Shown piece by piece: positions 1 through 9,190 of a stretch of DNA of 64,000 nt; position 1 is the stretch's first letter, and each line of letters starts with the position of its first letter. The notes beneath the pieces were generated by a model. That model saw nothing but the letters and a program-made list of their open reading frames with translations. It ran no database searches and was not told the origin of the DNA. The stretch spans positions 12,408 to 76,407 of the forward strand of contig JBLFWS010000001.1 of assembly GCA_047611865.1 (NCBI GenBank), written 5' to 3'. This DNA is from Chlamydiales bacterium. Lineage in GTDB: Bacteria > Chlamydiota > Chlamydiia > Chlamydiales > JBDQID01. The translations under genes were made by a program, and so were the position numbers.

Positions 1-1746
1 TTCATGATAATTCTTTGATCCAGGTACAAACTGAATTTCATCACCCAGAGCACATAGCTGTCTGTAAACGCTGTATACCCTCTCTTTAGATTCAATACTA
101 AAACCCGTTTCATCTACTTCGACTACAGCCAGTTTTTTTTCCAGAAAAAGATCTTCGTTCTCCGTCAAGCTTCGAATTTGTTTTTGTAATTTCCCCAGTC
201 GAGCGAGTTCTGTAAAATTCTCTGAAATAATTGGAAGCATCGTTTTTTCTCCAATGCCAATCAGTCCATATTGAAAACCCACCTTCATAGCTAATCGAGG
301 AAGAACAAATGTGACAGAAGGATCGCAACAATATTCCAAGTCTTCCAATTTAAAAAACTTCTTGGTCAGACATATATATGCCGCCTGCCGCATTAACACA
401 ATAAACTCATAATGACTACCAGAAGCCCCACTTTCGTAAACTTTTGTATAGGTTAATACATCAGCCCAACTGCCAGCCAAAGCTCTTTCAAAGAGTATCC
501 AATTCCTATCAAAATCCTCTATTGTCAACGCTATATCATCGTTCTTCTCATCAGAAGAGACTGACCCTCTCAATATTCCTCTTTCTTGCTGACTTAATTG
601 ATCACGCAAACACTCCAAGCTTGAGCACAAACTTTCCGCGGACCGCCACCGCTTTCCAATATTTGAAGAATTGGCTACTTTTTCATTGATCCCCTGAGTA
701 ATCGCAAGGGCTTTACGCCAGACAATCTCCGGATATTTTTTTTCTAAAACTTCTACTGCTTCATTTATTTCGCCCAAATTTCTTAAGATCCCGGCCAGAT
801 CACTTACGCTTTCAAATTCTACTAACCCATTTTCTTTAGCCAACAAACCCAAAGAGTTAAGAAATCCTATCCGCGCTCTTTTGTCCAAATCCCCCTTGTG
901 AAACAAAGGAGTAAGCTCTTCAACCCTATGATTTTGTATACATCTCTGAAGATAAAGCTCCTCATATTCTCTCAACCTACTGTCAAACTCCTGAATCCTC
1001 AAGCTCATCTCATTTTTGATAAAGAGAAGCTGCTCTCCTCCATTAACAATATTTTCTTGTTTTTGGATCAGGATGTAACGTAAGTCCTCGAAGCTCGCTG
1101 TAAGCTGACTAGCTTTTTCGTCTACAGGATTGTTAATAAAAGATTGATCGGAAAAATTGGCTACATGGAGAATCCTGTTTAAAGAGGTTGCTTCTGCCAA
1201 TAAGCTCTCTGAATATCCTCGCTCTTGAAACAACTTCACTGCTTCCGAATTCCCCAATTTTTTCAAATCTCGAATCTCCATTTGCTCTCTCAAAACAATC
1301 TTCTCTTCTAAAATCAGTTTTTCTAAAGCCAATAGAAATTCCAGCCTCTCACTTTGTTTCGATAAACTCGCTAGAAATAACGGCGCAAATCGCTGCTCCC
1401 TCCGTTTCCGAAAATAATTCCGAAGCAAGCTGCTACAACACCACGCTCCCGAAGGTGAAGATCTAACAACACTCCCGGTAAAAATATCTCTATTAGAGAT
1501 GGGAAGAATTGAAGCACTCGAATGATATCCCGACGCAGGCTTCCTACGCTTACAACAAAAAACCCTAGAGAAGCATTGACTACACTTCATATAAACCGAC
1601 TCGTCTAAGGGAACTCTTGAGCTAGCCTCTTCTGCTAAAAGGGGAGGGGTAGTTTCGTCAACACTGGATTCTTCGTATAACAATTGCGCAAACCCAGTAT
1701 TTTGGCTCATTCCTCTTAGACCTACGGTAGAATTAGCAAATGACAT
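1..1746 (-). CDS. Hypothetical protein, N-terminal 582 codons only (ORF runs off the left edge)
   Basis: Checked by hand: no tta/cta/tca triplet in register 1,4,7... from nt 1 to 1749, and an ATG at 1746-1744. The ORF track misses it because no stop lies in the window. It has a Cys-rich basic N-terminus (KCSQCFSRVFCCKRRK) and a Leu/Glu-rich helical middle. No family recognised. Confidence 0.6.
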   Translation of the reverse strand, partial: MSFANSTVGLRGMSQNTGFAQLLYEESSVDETTPPLLAEEASSRVPLDESVYMKCSQCFSRVFCCKRRKPASGYHSSASILPISNRDIFTGSVVRSSPSGAWCCSSLLRNYFRKRREQRFAPLFLASLSKQSERLEFLLALEKLILEEKIVLREQMEIRDLKKLGNSEAVKLFQERGYSESLLAEATSLNRILHVANFSDQSFINNPVDEKASQLTASFEDLRYILIQKQENIVNGGEQLLFIKNEMSLRIQEFDSRLREYEELYLQRCIQNHRVEELTPLFHKGDLDKRARIGFLNSLGLLAKENGLVEFESVSDLAGILRNLGEINEAVEVLEKKYPEIVWRKALAITQGINEKVANSSNIGKRWRSAESLCSSLECLRDQLSQQERGILRGSVSSDEKNDDIALTIEDFDRNWILFERALAGSWADVLTYTKVYESGASGSHYEFIVLMRQAAYICLTKKFFKLEDLEYCCDPSVTFVLPRLAMKVGFQYGLIGIGEKTMLPIISENFTELARLGKLQKQIRSLTENEDLFLEKKLAVVEVDETGFSIESKERVYSVYRQLCALGDEIQFVPGSKNYHE

Positions 1747-1946
1747 CCCTCAAACTCCAAATGTAATGAAAAATAACCCAAAAATATGTTCCATAATAGT
1801 TATATTTGTCAATATAGCGGCGATTCAACTAAGCTTTTTAAACTAGGGTACAACCTTATTATCCGCATCAATCCACTATTACTTTTTTGCGTACACCTAC
1901 TAATATATTTCATTTATTAAATAGCTGTCGCTTTTGGCTACTTATT

Positions 1947-2156
1947 GGCGTTGTTGCATAAAACATGCGTCTACAAGAGGCTTATGATTAACATTTTACC
2001 ACCGAGATCACAGAGGGCACAGAGAAAATAAAAAATCACAGATCAGTTGATAGCATATTCTGAGAGACTTTATATATTTTTCTATCTCTCTGTGTTCTCG
2101 GTGCTTTCGGTGGTTAAATAAATGATCGTAAACGTATTAAGTTATGCAACAACGCC
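1947..2156. mobile_element. MITE-like element, family A, copy 1 (210 bp)
   Basis: Terminal inverted repeats GGCGTTGTTGCATAA (1947-1961) and TTATGCAACAACGCC (2142-2156). The interior is a long imperfect palindrome (ACCACCGAG..CACAGAG / CTCTGTG..CGGTGGT). Flanking 9-mers are CTACTTATT and CTACCTATT (8/9). It is about 90 percent identical by eye to the reverse complement of copy 3 at 25768-25977. Confidence 0.75.
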
Positions 2157-2276
2157 CTACCTATTTCGAAATAAGTTCAAAAATTGGGATTCTAACAAAG
2201 AGATTTTTTGCTCGATACAGAGTAACAATTAAAACCGACTTGGACAAGTTTACGGAATTGAGCGCAAATTCAGGCG

Positions 2277-2310
2277 AAAAAAGATCAATTCAAAAACTAA
2301 TTTTTGAATT
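2277..2310 (-). terminator. Candidate intrinsic terminator downstream of nqrA
   Basis: Perfect 10-bp stem AATTCAAAAA/TTTTTGAATT with a 4-nt loop (2287-2310). On the minus strand it is followed by GATC and T6 (2282-2277). The stem is AT-only, so it is weak. Confidence 0.3.
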
Positions 2311-2388
2311 TGTTTAGGTATACTATGATAACTTAGTGATTTATACAGACTTATGAAATTGGTCGAGTATCCACCAAGTTTTGAAGTG

Positions 2389-2414
2389 GTCTCCCTCAAT
2401 ATACCGAGGGAGAC
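2389..2414. other. Perfect 9-bp GC-rich hairpin (GTCTCCCTC-N8-GAGGGAGAC)
   Basis: Seen directly about 95 nt downstream of the nqrA stop. There is no adjacent U-tract on either strand, so it may be an RNA-stability or terminator-like structure. Confidence 0.3.
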
Positions 2415-2507
2415 ACTACTAAAAACCCTCTGGACACCTTAATCCTTTTGTAAAACCCTACACACTCAAAGCACAGCTTTACATCAAGATCGGCCCTCCA
2501 CGGGGTT

Positions 2508-3872
2508 TTAATGAATTATCTCTTTTGCATAGTCTTTTAAAGCCGTCTTCACAATATCTGACATTTCAACTTTGCAGGGGCAGACGAAGGTTGGTAAAGC
2601 AAAATCTTCACTATCCACCTCAAGTATCCCCAATTCTTCTGCCAAGTCGAAATCGTTTGCTAAAATAGCTTTCACAAGGTGCATAGTTGAAATTTGCAAA
2701 GGCATCACCTTGTCATAGATTCTACCATCTATAAAAGCTCTTTCTTCACCATGCTGATTTGTAGTGAAATCATACTCTTTACTATTGCTATTCAGGAAAC
2801 CAGATAGATAGGTCCTCGAAGCAGAGAACTTTCCTAATCCCAAACGGAAAAAATGAAGAAATTCTCTTTGATTATTTTCCAAAATCGAACAAAAAGTATT
2901 GTGCTGATAGCCCAAGGAACCTTCAACCTCTACTTTATCTCCCGTCAAAAGGTTTCCCGATACGTGGCGAAGAATCCCCTGGGTATTCCGAGATTCAATC
3001 AGTTTTTCCACAGGGTACCCCGCCCGTGCTCTATAGTATCCACGCATTTCAGGGAGTATCCCTGTCCCAGCAACACTAATTACCCGATCTATATGCACCC
3101 TTCCTGTTGTCAGAAGAACACCTATACAAACAACATCATAAGCTGTCACAGTCCAAACGACTTCATTGTTTTTTTCAATCGGGTCAATATGATGAATATG
3201 TACGGAATGATTTGCTACAGGATGAGGACCTTCTGCTGTATGTTTCTCAACATTTGCAGCATTAGTAAAGGCTTCACAGCTTGTCCCCTTTCGATAAACC
3301 AGGTGAACTGCCCCAGTCGTAAGCTTCGAAAGAGCAAGCAAGCCCGCTTGAAATTCTTTTTCATAACCTTTAATCTGCAGTTCAGCAGAAGGAGCAAAGG
3401 GTGCAGACTCTAATGCTTTAACAAAGATTCTGCTGGGGGTATGATGAGGATTTGCAAGGATGCTACATGGACGCATACGAATATTTGCAAATATGCCTCC
3501 TTGCAATAATTTTGCGATAATACCCTCTCTGTCTGCAGTCTGGATATTTATGCCACCGAGTTCTTCATATTCTTCTTTCTTTTCAAGTTCTATTACAACT
3601 TCCAGAACACGTCGCTTTAAACCTCGCCTTGTTTCTTTAATCAACCCACTCCCTGGCGAAACAAACATTCTTTCAGGCACTGCCTTATCTTGCGCAATGG
3701 GTTGCCCTATGCGAACAGTGTCTCCTCGCTTAGCTAGCATCCGAAATTTCGTATCATCAAAAGAGCTCAGGTTTAAAGAAACCCAAGGGGGTTTATCCAG
3801 AGGACATACTTCACCACTTGGCTTGCCCTTTATAGGAATATCAAGTCCATTTTTTATTTTTATGTGTGCCAT
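2508..3872 (-). CDS. nqrA: Na+-translocating NADH:quinone oxidoreductase subunit A
   Basis: Full-length similarity pattern to NqrA. The N-terminus MAHIKIKNGLDIPIKGKP matches the typical NqrA start. I prefer the ATG at 3872 over the track's TTG at 3884. No nqrB-F follows. Confidence 0.9.
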   Translation of the reverse strand: MAHIKIKNGLDIPIKGKPSGEVCPLDKPPWVSLNLSSFDDTKFRMLAKRGDTVRIGQPIAQDKAVPERMFVSPGSGLIKETRRGLKRRVLEVVIELEKKEEYEELGGINIQTADREGIIAKLLQGGIFANIRMRPCSILANPHHTPSRIFVKALESAPFAPSAELQIKGYEKEFQAGLLALSKLTTGAVHLVYRKGTSCEAFTNAANVEKHTAEGPHPVANHSVHIHHIDPIEKNNEVVWTVTAYDVVCIGVLLTTGRVHIDRVISVAGTGILPEMRGYYRARAGYPVEKLIESRNTQGILRHVSGNLLTGDKVEVEGSLGYQHNTFCSILENNQREFLHFFRLGLGKFSASRTYLSGFLNSNSKEYDFTTNQHGEERAFIDGRIYDKVMPLQISTMHLVKAILANDFDLAEELGILEVDSEDFALPTFVCPCKVEMSDIVKTALKDYAKEIIH

Positions 3873-3981
3873 AGCTCCCCTCAAAAATTAAACACCTAGC
3901 CAAGGTTCGTTTTCAAAAATTCGATAAAACTTTCCGACTTACGTTAATAAATAAAAGAGTTTTTAAGCAAGCCCCCAATCC

Positions 3982-5163
3982 CTAGCTTACAGCTTGAGTT
4001 ACCGCTTTGATCCGATCAATAATTACGGGTAATTCTTCAATAAGTTGTTTTGCCCTACAATCCCAAGTATACTCACGCATAACTTTTTCACGACCCTGCT
4101 CTACAAAATGTCTTCTTCGCTCATCATTTCCTACGAATTCATTAACTGTCCCATTAATCTTGTCACTATCCCAGTGTTGATATATCAACACTCCTTCCGC
4201 TTCCTGAAATTGACTACTGTTAAAAAGAGTGTCATCGGTAACCACTGCCGCTCCTGCAGCCAGACCGTAAAAAAGCCTCTCGTGTGAACCGTATTTAAAA
4301 AAAGGAACACTGCTAAGTAATACTTTACTCTCTCTCATAATTTCCATAGTCTTTTCAAAAGGAACAGAATCATGGATTGTCACGTTCTTCTGACCCTCAA
4401 GATAGTACTCCCAACCTCTTGCCCCTATGGTTCTTCCAAAGACATGGACCGGGGCATCTTTTATAGACTTTATCATATCAGCACGCCCCTTACCCTTAAT
4501 GTAGCGTTCTACTTCTCGGCAAAGCTGGGTTACTTCTACCTCATCGGGAGTAATTTTAGCGCTTTCTAGTTCTTTTAGAAGGGTCAGAAAATAAGGGCTT
4601 CTATCATCGGAAAAAACCTTGTCTACGGTTGTACGAATCACCTCAATCACTTGAGGAGAATATGCCTCCTCCCACTTGGAATTTATCTCCTCATAATCAA
4701 TACAAGTCCCCAACATCGTGACATCATATTTTTTCTCACTTTCTTCCCCTCGCTGAAAATCTGCTTCTACACCATGTGGAAAGAAAAAGGCGTTCTCAAA
4801 GCCTCCGGACTTTAGGAATTCACTGAAAAACATTTCTACACAAGTGATAATAGAGTAAGGGCTCTGCAAAAGGTAGAGGGTCTCCAAAGAAGCATCCACC
4901 AAGAGATTAACATGGGGTGTTTTTAGATGATCGCAGAACAGACGTCCATCATGAAGTGGTAAAATCGGGTTAAATGTACATGTGCAATCAGGCTTTTCTT
5001 TTTTTACAATTTCCATTACTGAAAATACATCTTGCTCTTCGAAATCAAAGATTTCACATTGTACTCCGTTATTTACCATAGCCTTACACAACTGATTAGT
5101 AAAATGCTGTGTCGCCCCATACTGTCCATCAGGCATAAAAAAAATCATCTTTTTCAACGTCAT
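3982..5163 (-). CDS. CgeB-like (Glyco_trans_1_2-type) glycosyltransferase
   Basis: The C-terminal block (RLFYGLAAGAAVVTDD...VLIYQHWD...REKVMREYTWDCRAKQLIEE) resembles the C-terminal domain of the four 810-aa paralogs and of CgeB/DUF3880-type GT1 proteins. Confidence 0.55.
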   Translation of the reverse strand: MTLKKMIFFMPDGQYGATQHFTNQLCKAMVNNGVQCEIFDFEEQDVFSVMEIVKKEKPDCTCTFNPILPLHDGRLFCDHLKTPHVNLLVDASLETLYLLQSPYSIITCVEMFFSEFLKSGGFENAFFFPHGVEADFQRGEESEKKYDVTMLGTCIDYEEINSKWEEAYSPQVIEVIRTTVDKVFSDDRSPYFLTLLKELESAKITPDEVEVTQLCREVERYIKGKGRADMIKSIKDAPVHVFGRTIGARGWEYYLEGQKNVTIHDSVPFEKTMEIMRESKVLLSSVPFFKYGSHERLFYGLAAGAAVVTDDTLFNSSQFQEAEGVLIYQHWDSDKINGTVNEFVGNDERRRHFVEQGREKVMREYTWDCRAKQLIEELPVIIDRIKAVTQAVS

Positions 5164-5258
5164 TAGCTATTCCCCATTTTTAACTCTAATCTGAAATTTC
5201 ACCCGTAGTTTTAGTACACGACCCAAACCATTTTTCCCCAATTATTACTATTATTGAT

Positions 5259-5521
5259 GGCGTTGTTGCATAAATAAACACTGAGCCACTGAGATCCGTG
5301 AGAAAAAATGAGAAAATTGAGGAACATTTTATACGATTAGCCGTCGGAGTCCATGCTTCAACAATTTTACGTTAAAATTTATCAACAAGCCTCTACCTCC
5401 ACCTACATGACAAATTTAGGAAAGCCACAAAGCGAAAAAATAGCTGCATGATCATCTCACTATCTCATACCCTTCTCACTAATCTCAGTGGCTCCGTGGT
5501 GATGAATTGCGCAACAAAGCC
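5259..5521. mobile_element. MITE-like element, family A variant, copy 2 (263 bp)
   Basis: Left TIR GGCGTTGTTGCATAA (5259-5273) and right TIR TTGCGCAACAAAGCC (5507-5521). Subterminal IRs are CTGAGCCACTGAGAT and ATCTCAGTGGCTCCG. A perfect 9-bp direct duplication ATTATTGAT flanks it at 5250-5258 and 5522-5530. Confidence 0.8.
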
Positions 5522-5692
5522 ATTATTGATATAGGTTTCAAAAATCAACTTTTACAGGAAATGGCTTTTTTTTGTGACAACTCTATTTCACAATCACGAA
5601 GAATTCTGTACTAAAGCCCTTGCAGGGAAATTTAAGCACAAGTTAAAAACTAAAAATTAACTATATTTACCCCCTAACAATTTTTATACTCA

Positions 5693-6706
5693 ATGCAAGC
5701 TACTTCACCTTTTCTACTGAAATCAATCCACCGTATTGAATCCTTTGTCGCAAATGACGCCATTATAAAAGCAGACCTCCTTTCCCTTCCCATTCGCCGA
5801 GCAGTAAACTGCATTAACAGAGCTAAAACAGAAGGAAGTGAAGAAGACCGAGAGCTTCTAACAAGCCGAGAAATTTATGAGTTATTTCTTCAATTTAATG
5901 AAAAAAGCCAGCTCTCCGGTCGTCAAATAAATACCATCCCCTCCCCAAGCCAGCCTGGTATCACCCAATGGCTTTGGCAAAAAAAGGAAAGCCTCTATCA
6001 ATTACTTTCAACCGCCTATAACGAAGTTTATAGCCTTTCTCTACTCTCAATAAGGTATCCCAGAGCATTATTCAACTCTGGCCCAGCTCTCCCCATGGGT
6101 GAAAATAAAAGAAAACAAGCAATTCTCCTTGTACATGGCTACCTACACAACAAGTCAGGATGGTCATTCATAAAATCTGAGCTGCAAAAATCAGGATTTG
6201 GCCCCATTTATACTATTAACCTCACACCCTTACATGGCTCCATTGAAAATTTTTCTGAGCAACTTGCTGAAAAGGTCCTAAGCATTCAGGAAGAAATCGA
6301 AAATAAATCCCTAGTCCTTATTGGACACTCGATGGGAGGCCTAGTCTGTGCCTACTATGCGGAAAACATCGCCAGAGAAAAGCAAGTCTCCCACATAATC
6401 ACCATTGGCTCACCTCTCAGAGGTACCAAATTAGCTGCTTTAGGGATTGGCCACTGCACAAAACAGATGAGATATGGTTCAAAATTCACACAAAAACTGA
6501 ATAGACAAATTATAAACAATGAATCCATCAAATATTTTCATATAGCCAGTAAAACCGATAAAATTATTTATCCTTATCTTTCTTCACTTACCAACAGGCA
6601 TCTTGACAGACAGCTATTGCTCAATGGTCATGGACACACCTCCCTAATAACCTGTGCCCCAGAGGTCCCAGAAAACATCATTGGATGGCTCAGCTCGGAC
6701 AATTGA
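5693..6706 (+). CDS. Alpha/beta-hydrolase (lipase/esterase-like)
   Basis: Nucleophile elbow GHSMGG, an upstream LVHGY oxyanion-type motif, and the size and layout of PGAP1/lipase class 2-like hydrolases. Confidence 0.7.
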   Translation: MQATSPFLLKSIHRIESFVANDAIIKADLLSLPIRRAVNCINRAKTEGSEEDRELLTSREIYELFLQFNEKSQLSGRQINTIPSPSQPGITQWLWQKKESLYQLLSTAYNEVYSLSLLSIRYPRALFNSGPALPMGENKRKQAILLVHGYLHNKSGWSFIKSELQKSGFGPIYTINLTPLHGSIENFSEQLAEKVLSIQEEIENKSLVLIGHSMGGLVCAYYAENIAREKQVSHIITIGSPLRGTKLAALGIGHCTKQMRYGSKFTQKLNRQIINNESIKYFHIASKTDKIIYPYLSSLTNRHLDRQLLLNGHGHTSLITCAPEVPENIIGWLSSDN

Positions 6707-6973
6707 GCCTTGCGATACTTGCCAATTTTATTTTAAAAATATCCGAGCCTTTATTTCCCTTGAAACATAAACTTGAAATTCAATTTAAAAAAAGCTTATG
6801 GCTAGAGTTTTCACAGTAGTCTTTTAATTGTACTTTAATAATGAAGCTGATATTCTTTCTAGCCAGTACTGGAGGAGAGAGTGGTCAAAAACCTTTAGCA
6901 TTATGCCTTAAAAGTTTTTGGCCCTGAATTCTGAAAATTATGTGGAAAAAACGTCAAAAGATTAAGGTATCAG

Positions 6974-9142
6974 ATGGGCTATTTGCAAGAGTTTAAGACA
7001 AGGATTACCAATGTTGACTCCACTGGAGTACTTCAACTCTGGGAAGAATATTGCGCCGGTGATCAGGTAGATGCCGTTGAACTATGTGAAATTCTCCGAT
7101 CCATTAAGGACACACCTCTTGCCAGAAATTTCGGCCAGCACGCAGAGGCTGCTATTAGACTATGGGAATTGGAAGAAGATGATGTTCTTTCCCATAGCAT
7201 TATTCGCTCCATACTTGATGTGCAGAACACCAATACCGAAGAATTCGCCCAAATCGCTTATGACGTCATCAAAGAAAAGTATAGTCATCACGATTTCTTC
7301 AACGAAAAAATCCGACTCATCGGGCTACGTAGCAAAGAAGAATTTCAGGGTGCCATAACCAATTACGAACTCCTTACCCACCTAGCTAAAGGAAAACATG
7401 TTTTCCATAATGCTGGATGGGGCACTGGTGAGATCATCGAAATCTCTCTCGTCCGCGAAGAACTTGTACTAGAGTTTGAACTAGTACTTGGCCGCCGAGA
7501 CATCACTTTTGCCAACGCTTTTAAAAACCTCATTCCTCTTCCTGACGACCACTTTCTCTCTCGTAGGTTTGGAGATGCTGATAATCTGGAACGCGAATCC
7601 AGAGATAACCCTGTATCCATCATTCGAATGTTACTACGCGACCTAGGACCTAAATCTGCCGCTGAAATTAAAGATGAGCTTTTCGAGCTTGTTATCCCAG
7701 CAGAAGATTGGACCAAATGGTGGCAATCGGCTAGAGCACGCATCAAAAAAGACACAATGATTGCTACGCCAAGTAATATAAAAAAACCTTTCCATCTACG
7801 TGAAGAAGAGCTTTCCCACGAGGAACGTTTCCAGAAGACCCTTCAAGACAAGAGTTCTCCAAGTGAAGTCATTCAGACTATGTATCAATTTACTCGTGAT
7901 TTCCCCGAAACCCTTAAGAATGCCGAGTTTAAGCTCTCTTTGAAGGAAAAGCTCCTTTCCCTTCTTTCTGATCACAGCCTCAGCACTTCTCTCCTCTTCC
8001 AAATACATATATTTCTTGAAAACAACTTCACTATCTCTCTGGAAGAGAAGTCCGAAAGTCTTCCCGAATTTGTTCAAAAGCTGGAAAACCTCGAAGCTGT
8101 TATTGATGGCATAGAAATTATCGCTTTCAAAAAACGCGCACTCGTAGCTATCCGCGAGTACCGAGAAGATTGGTCAGAAATCTTTCTTTCTACCCTTCTT
8201 AACATTCAACAGAGCGTCTTACGTGACTACCTTCTCAAGGAACTTCATCAGGGAGATACCAAGATCCGAGTTCATGAAAAGCTCACGCACTTAGTAGAAT
8301 CTCCTACTTTGTACCCAGAAGCTTACGTATGGTATTTCCAAAAAGTTATTGCTGGCAAAGATGATTCCCTCCCTTACTTTAAAAAGGATGGTCAGTGCCG
8401 ACTTTTCGAATCATTCCTCATCCTTTACCACTATCTTGAACAAGCCCCCGAAACTCGTGACCTCGTTAAGAAGATGTACGCAACCTTGTCAGGAGATCGA
8501 TACGCCTGTGTAAGGAACATCCTTCAAGACAGCAATATTGAGTATGTTCAAGAAATCCTTCTTCTGGTTACAAAGTGCCAAACTCTTAGTTCTCACGATA
8601 TCAAAATCCTACATTCTCTTGCCGAGGTAGTACACCCATCCCTTTCTACCAAAAAGCGAGAAGAAAAGGCTGATCTCGATGCAAACGTTATTTGGACTAC
8701 TCCTGAAGGCTACGACAAAATCAAAAGCCGCATCCATCACATCGGAACAATCGAAACAGTCGAAAACGCGAAGGAAATTGAAGCTGCCCGTGCTCTTGGT
8801 GACCTAAGAGAAAATTCTGAATACAAATTCGCTCTTGAAAAACGATCCCGCTTACAAGGTGAGCTGAAGCTTCTTTCTGACCAGGTTAATAAGGCAAGGA
8901 TTCTTACCAAAGAAGATATTCAAGCCCAAAAAGCCGGTGTCGGAACGATCGTAGATATCGAAACTCCACAAGGTGATGCTAAATCTTACACCATTCTTGG
9001 CCCTTGGGATGCCGATCCTGAAAAAGGAGTGTTATCCTTCCAATCTAAGTTAGCTCAGACTATGTCGGGTGTTGAAGTTGGGGAATCTTTCTCTTTCCAG
9101 GGAGAAGAATACTTTGTCAAGAGCCTTAAGAGCTACTTGTAA
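6974..9142 (+). CDS. greA: Transcript cleavage factor GreA, long chlamydial-type form (722 aa)
   Basis: The C-terminal ~150 aa form a canonical GreA coiled-coil plus globular domain (ARALGDLRENSEYKFALE...GVGTIV...ILGPWDADP). The ~560-aa N-terminal extension is as known in Chlamydiae. Confidence 0.85.
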   Translation: MGYLQEFKTRITNVDSTGVLQLWEEYCAGDQVDAVELCEILRSIKDTPLARNFGQHAEAAIRLWELEEDDVLSHSIIRSILDVQNTNTEEFAQIAYDVIKEKYSHHDFFNEKIRLIGLRSKEEFQGAITNYELLTHLAKGKHVFHNAGWGTGEIIEISLVREELVLEFELVLGRRDITFANAFKNLIPLPDDHFLSRRFGDADNLERESRDNPVSIIRMLLRDLGPKSAAEIKDELFELVIPAEDWTKWWQSARARIKKDTMIATPSNIKKPFHLREEELSHEERFQKTLQDKSSPSEVIQTMYQFTRDFPETLKNAEFKLSLKEKLLSLLSDHSLSTSLLFQIHIFLENNFTISLEEKSESLPEFVQKLENLEAVIDGIEIIAFKKRALVAIREYREDWSEIFLSTLLNIQQSVLRDYLLKELHQGDTKIRVHEKLTHLVESPTLYPEAYVWYFQKVIAGKDDSLPYFKKDGQCRLFESFLILYHYLEQAPETRDLVKKMYATLSGDRYACVRNILQDSNIEYVQEILLLVTKCQTLSSHDIKILHSLAEVVHPSLSTKKREEKADLDANVIWTTPEGYDKIKSRIHHIGTIETVENAKEIEAARALGDLRENSEYKFALEKRSRLQGELKLLSDQVNKARILTKEDIQAQKAGVGTIVDIETPQGDAKSYTILGPWDADPEKGVLSFQSKLAQTMSGVEVGESFSFQGEEYFVKSLKSYL

Positions 9143-9190
9143 CATTGATTAACCCGATTAAAGAACGCTGTAAATGAGGTAAGGATTTCT

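Noticed and set aside
1-1750. Apparent absence of long ORFs at the left end, considered as a pseudogene or non-coding region.
   Set aside because: Manual frame checking shows an uninterrupted minus-strand ORF that simply lacks a stop inside the window. It is reported as a partial CDS instead.
2853-3891. Long plus-strand ORFs (2853-3413, 3460-3891) inside nqrA. Similar antisense ORFs lie inside other large genes (e.g. 31016-31507, 41381-41704, 52513-52935, 57072-57476).
   Set aside because: They lie entirely antisense to genes with strong family signatures. Their composition is low-complexity and Ser/Phe/Leu-rich, as expected of shadow ORFs in AT-rich DNA. They have no motifs or RBS.
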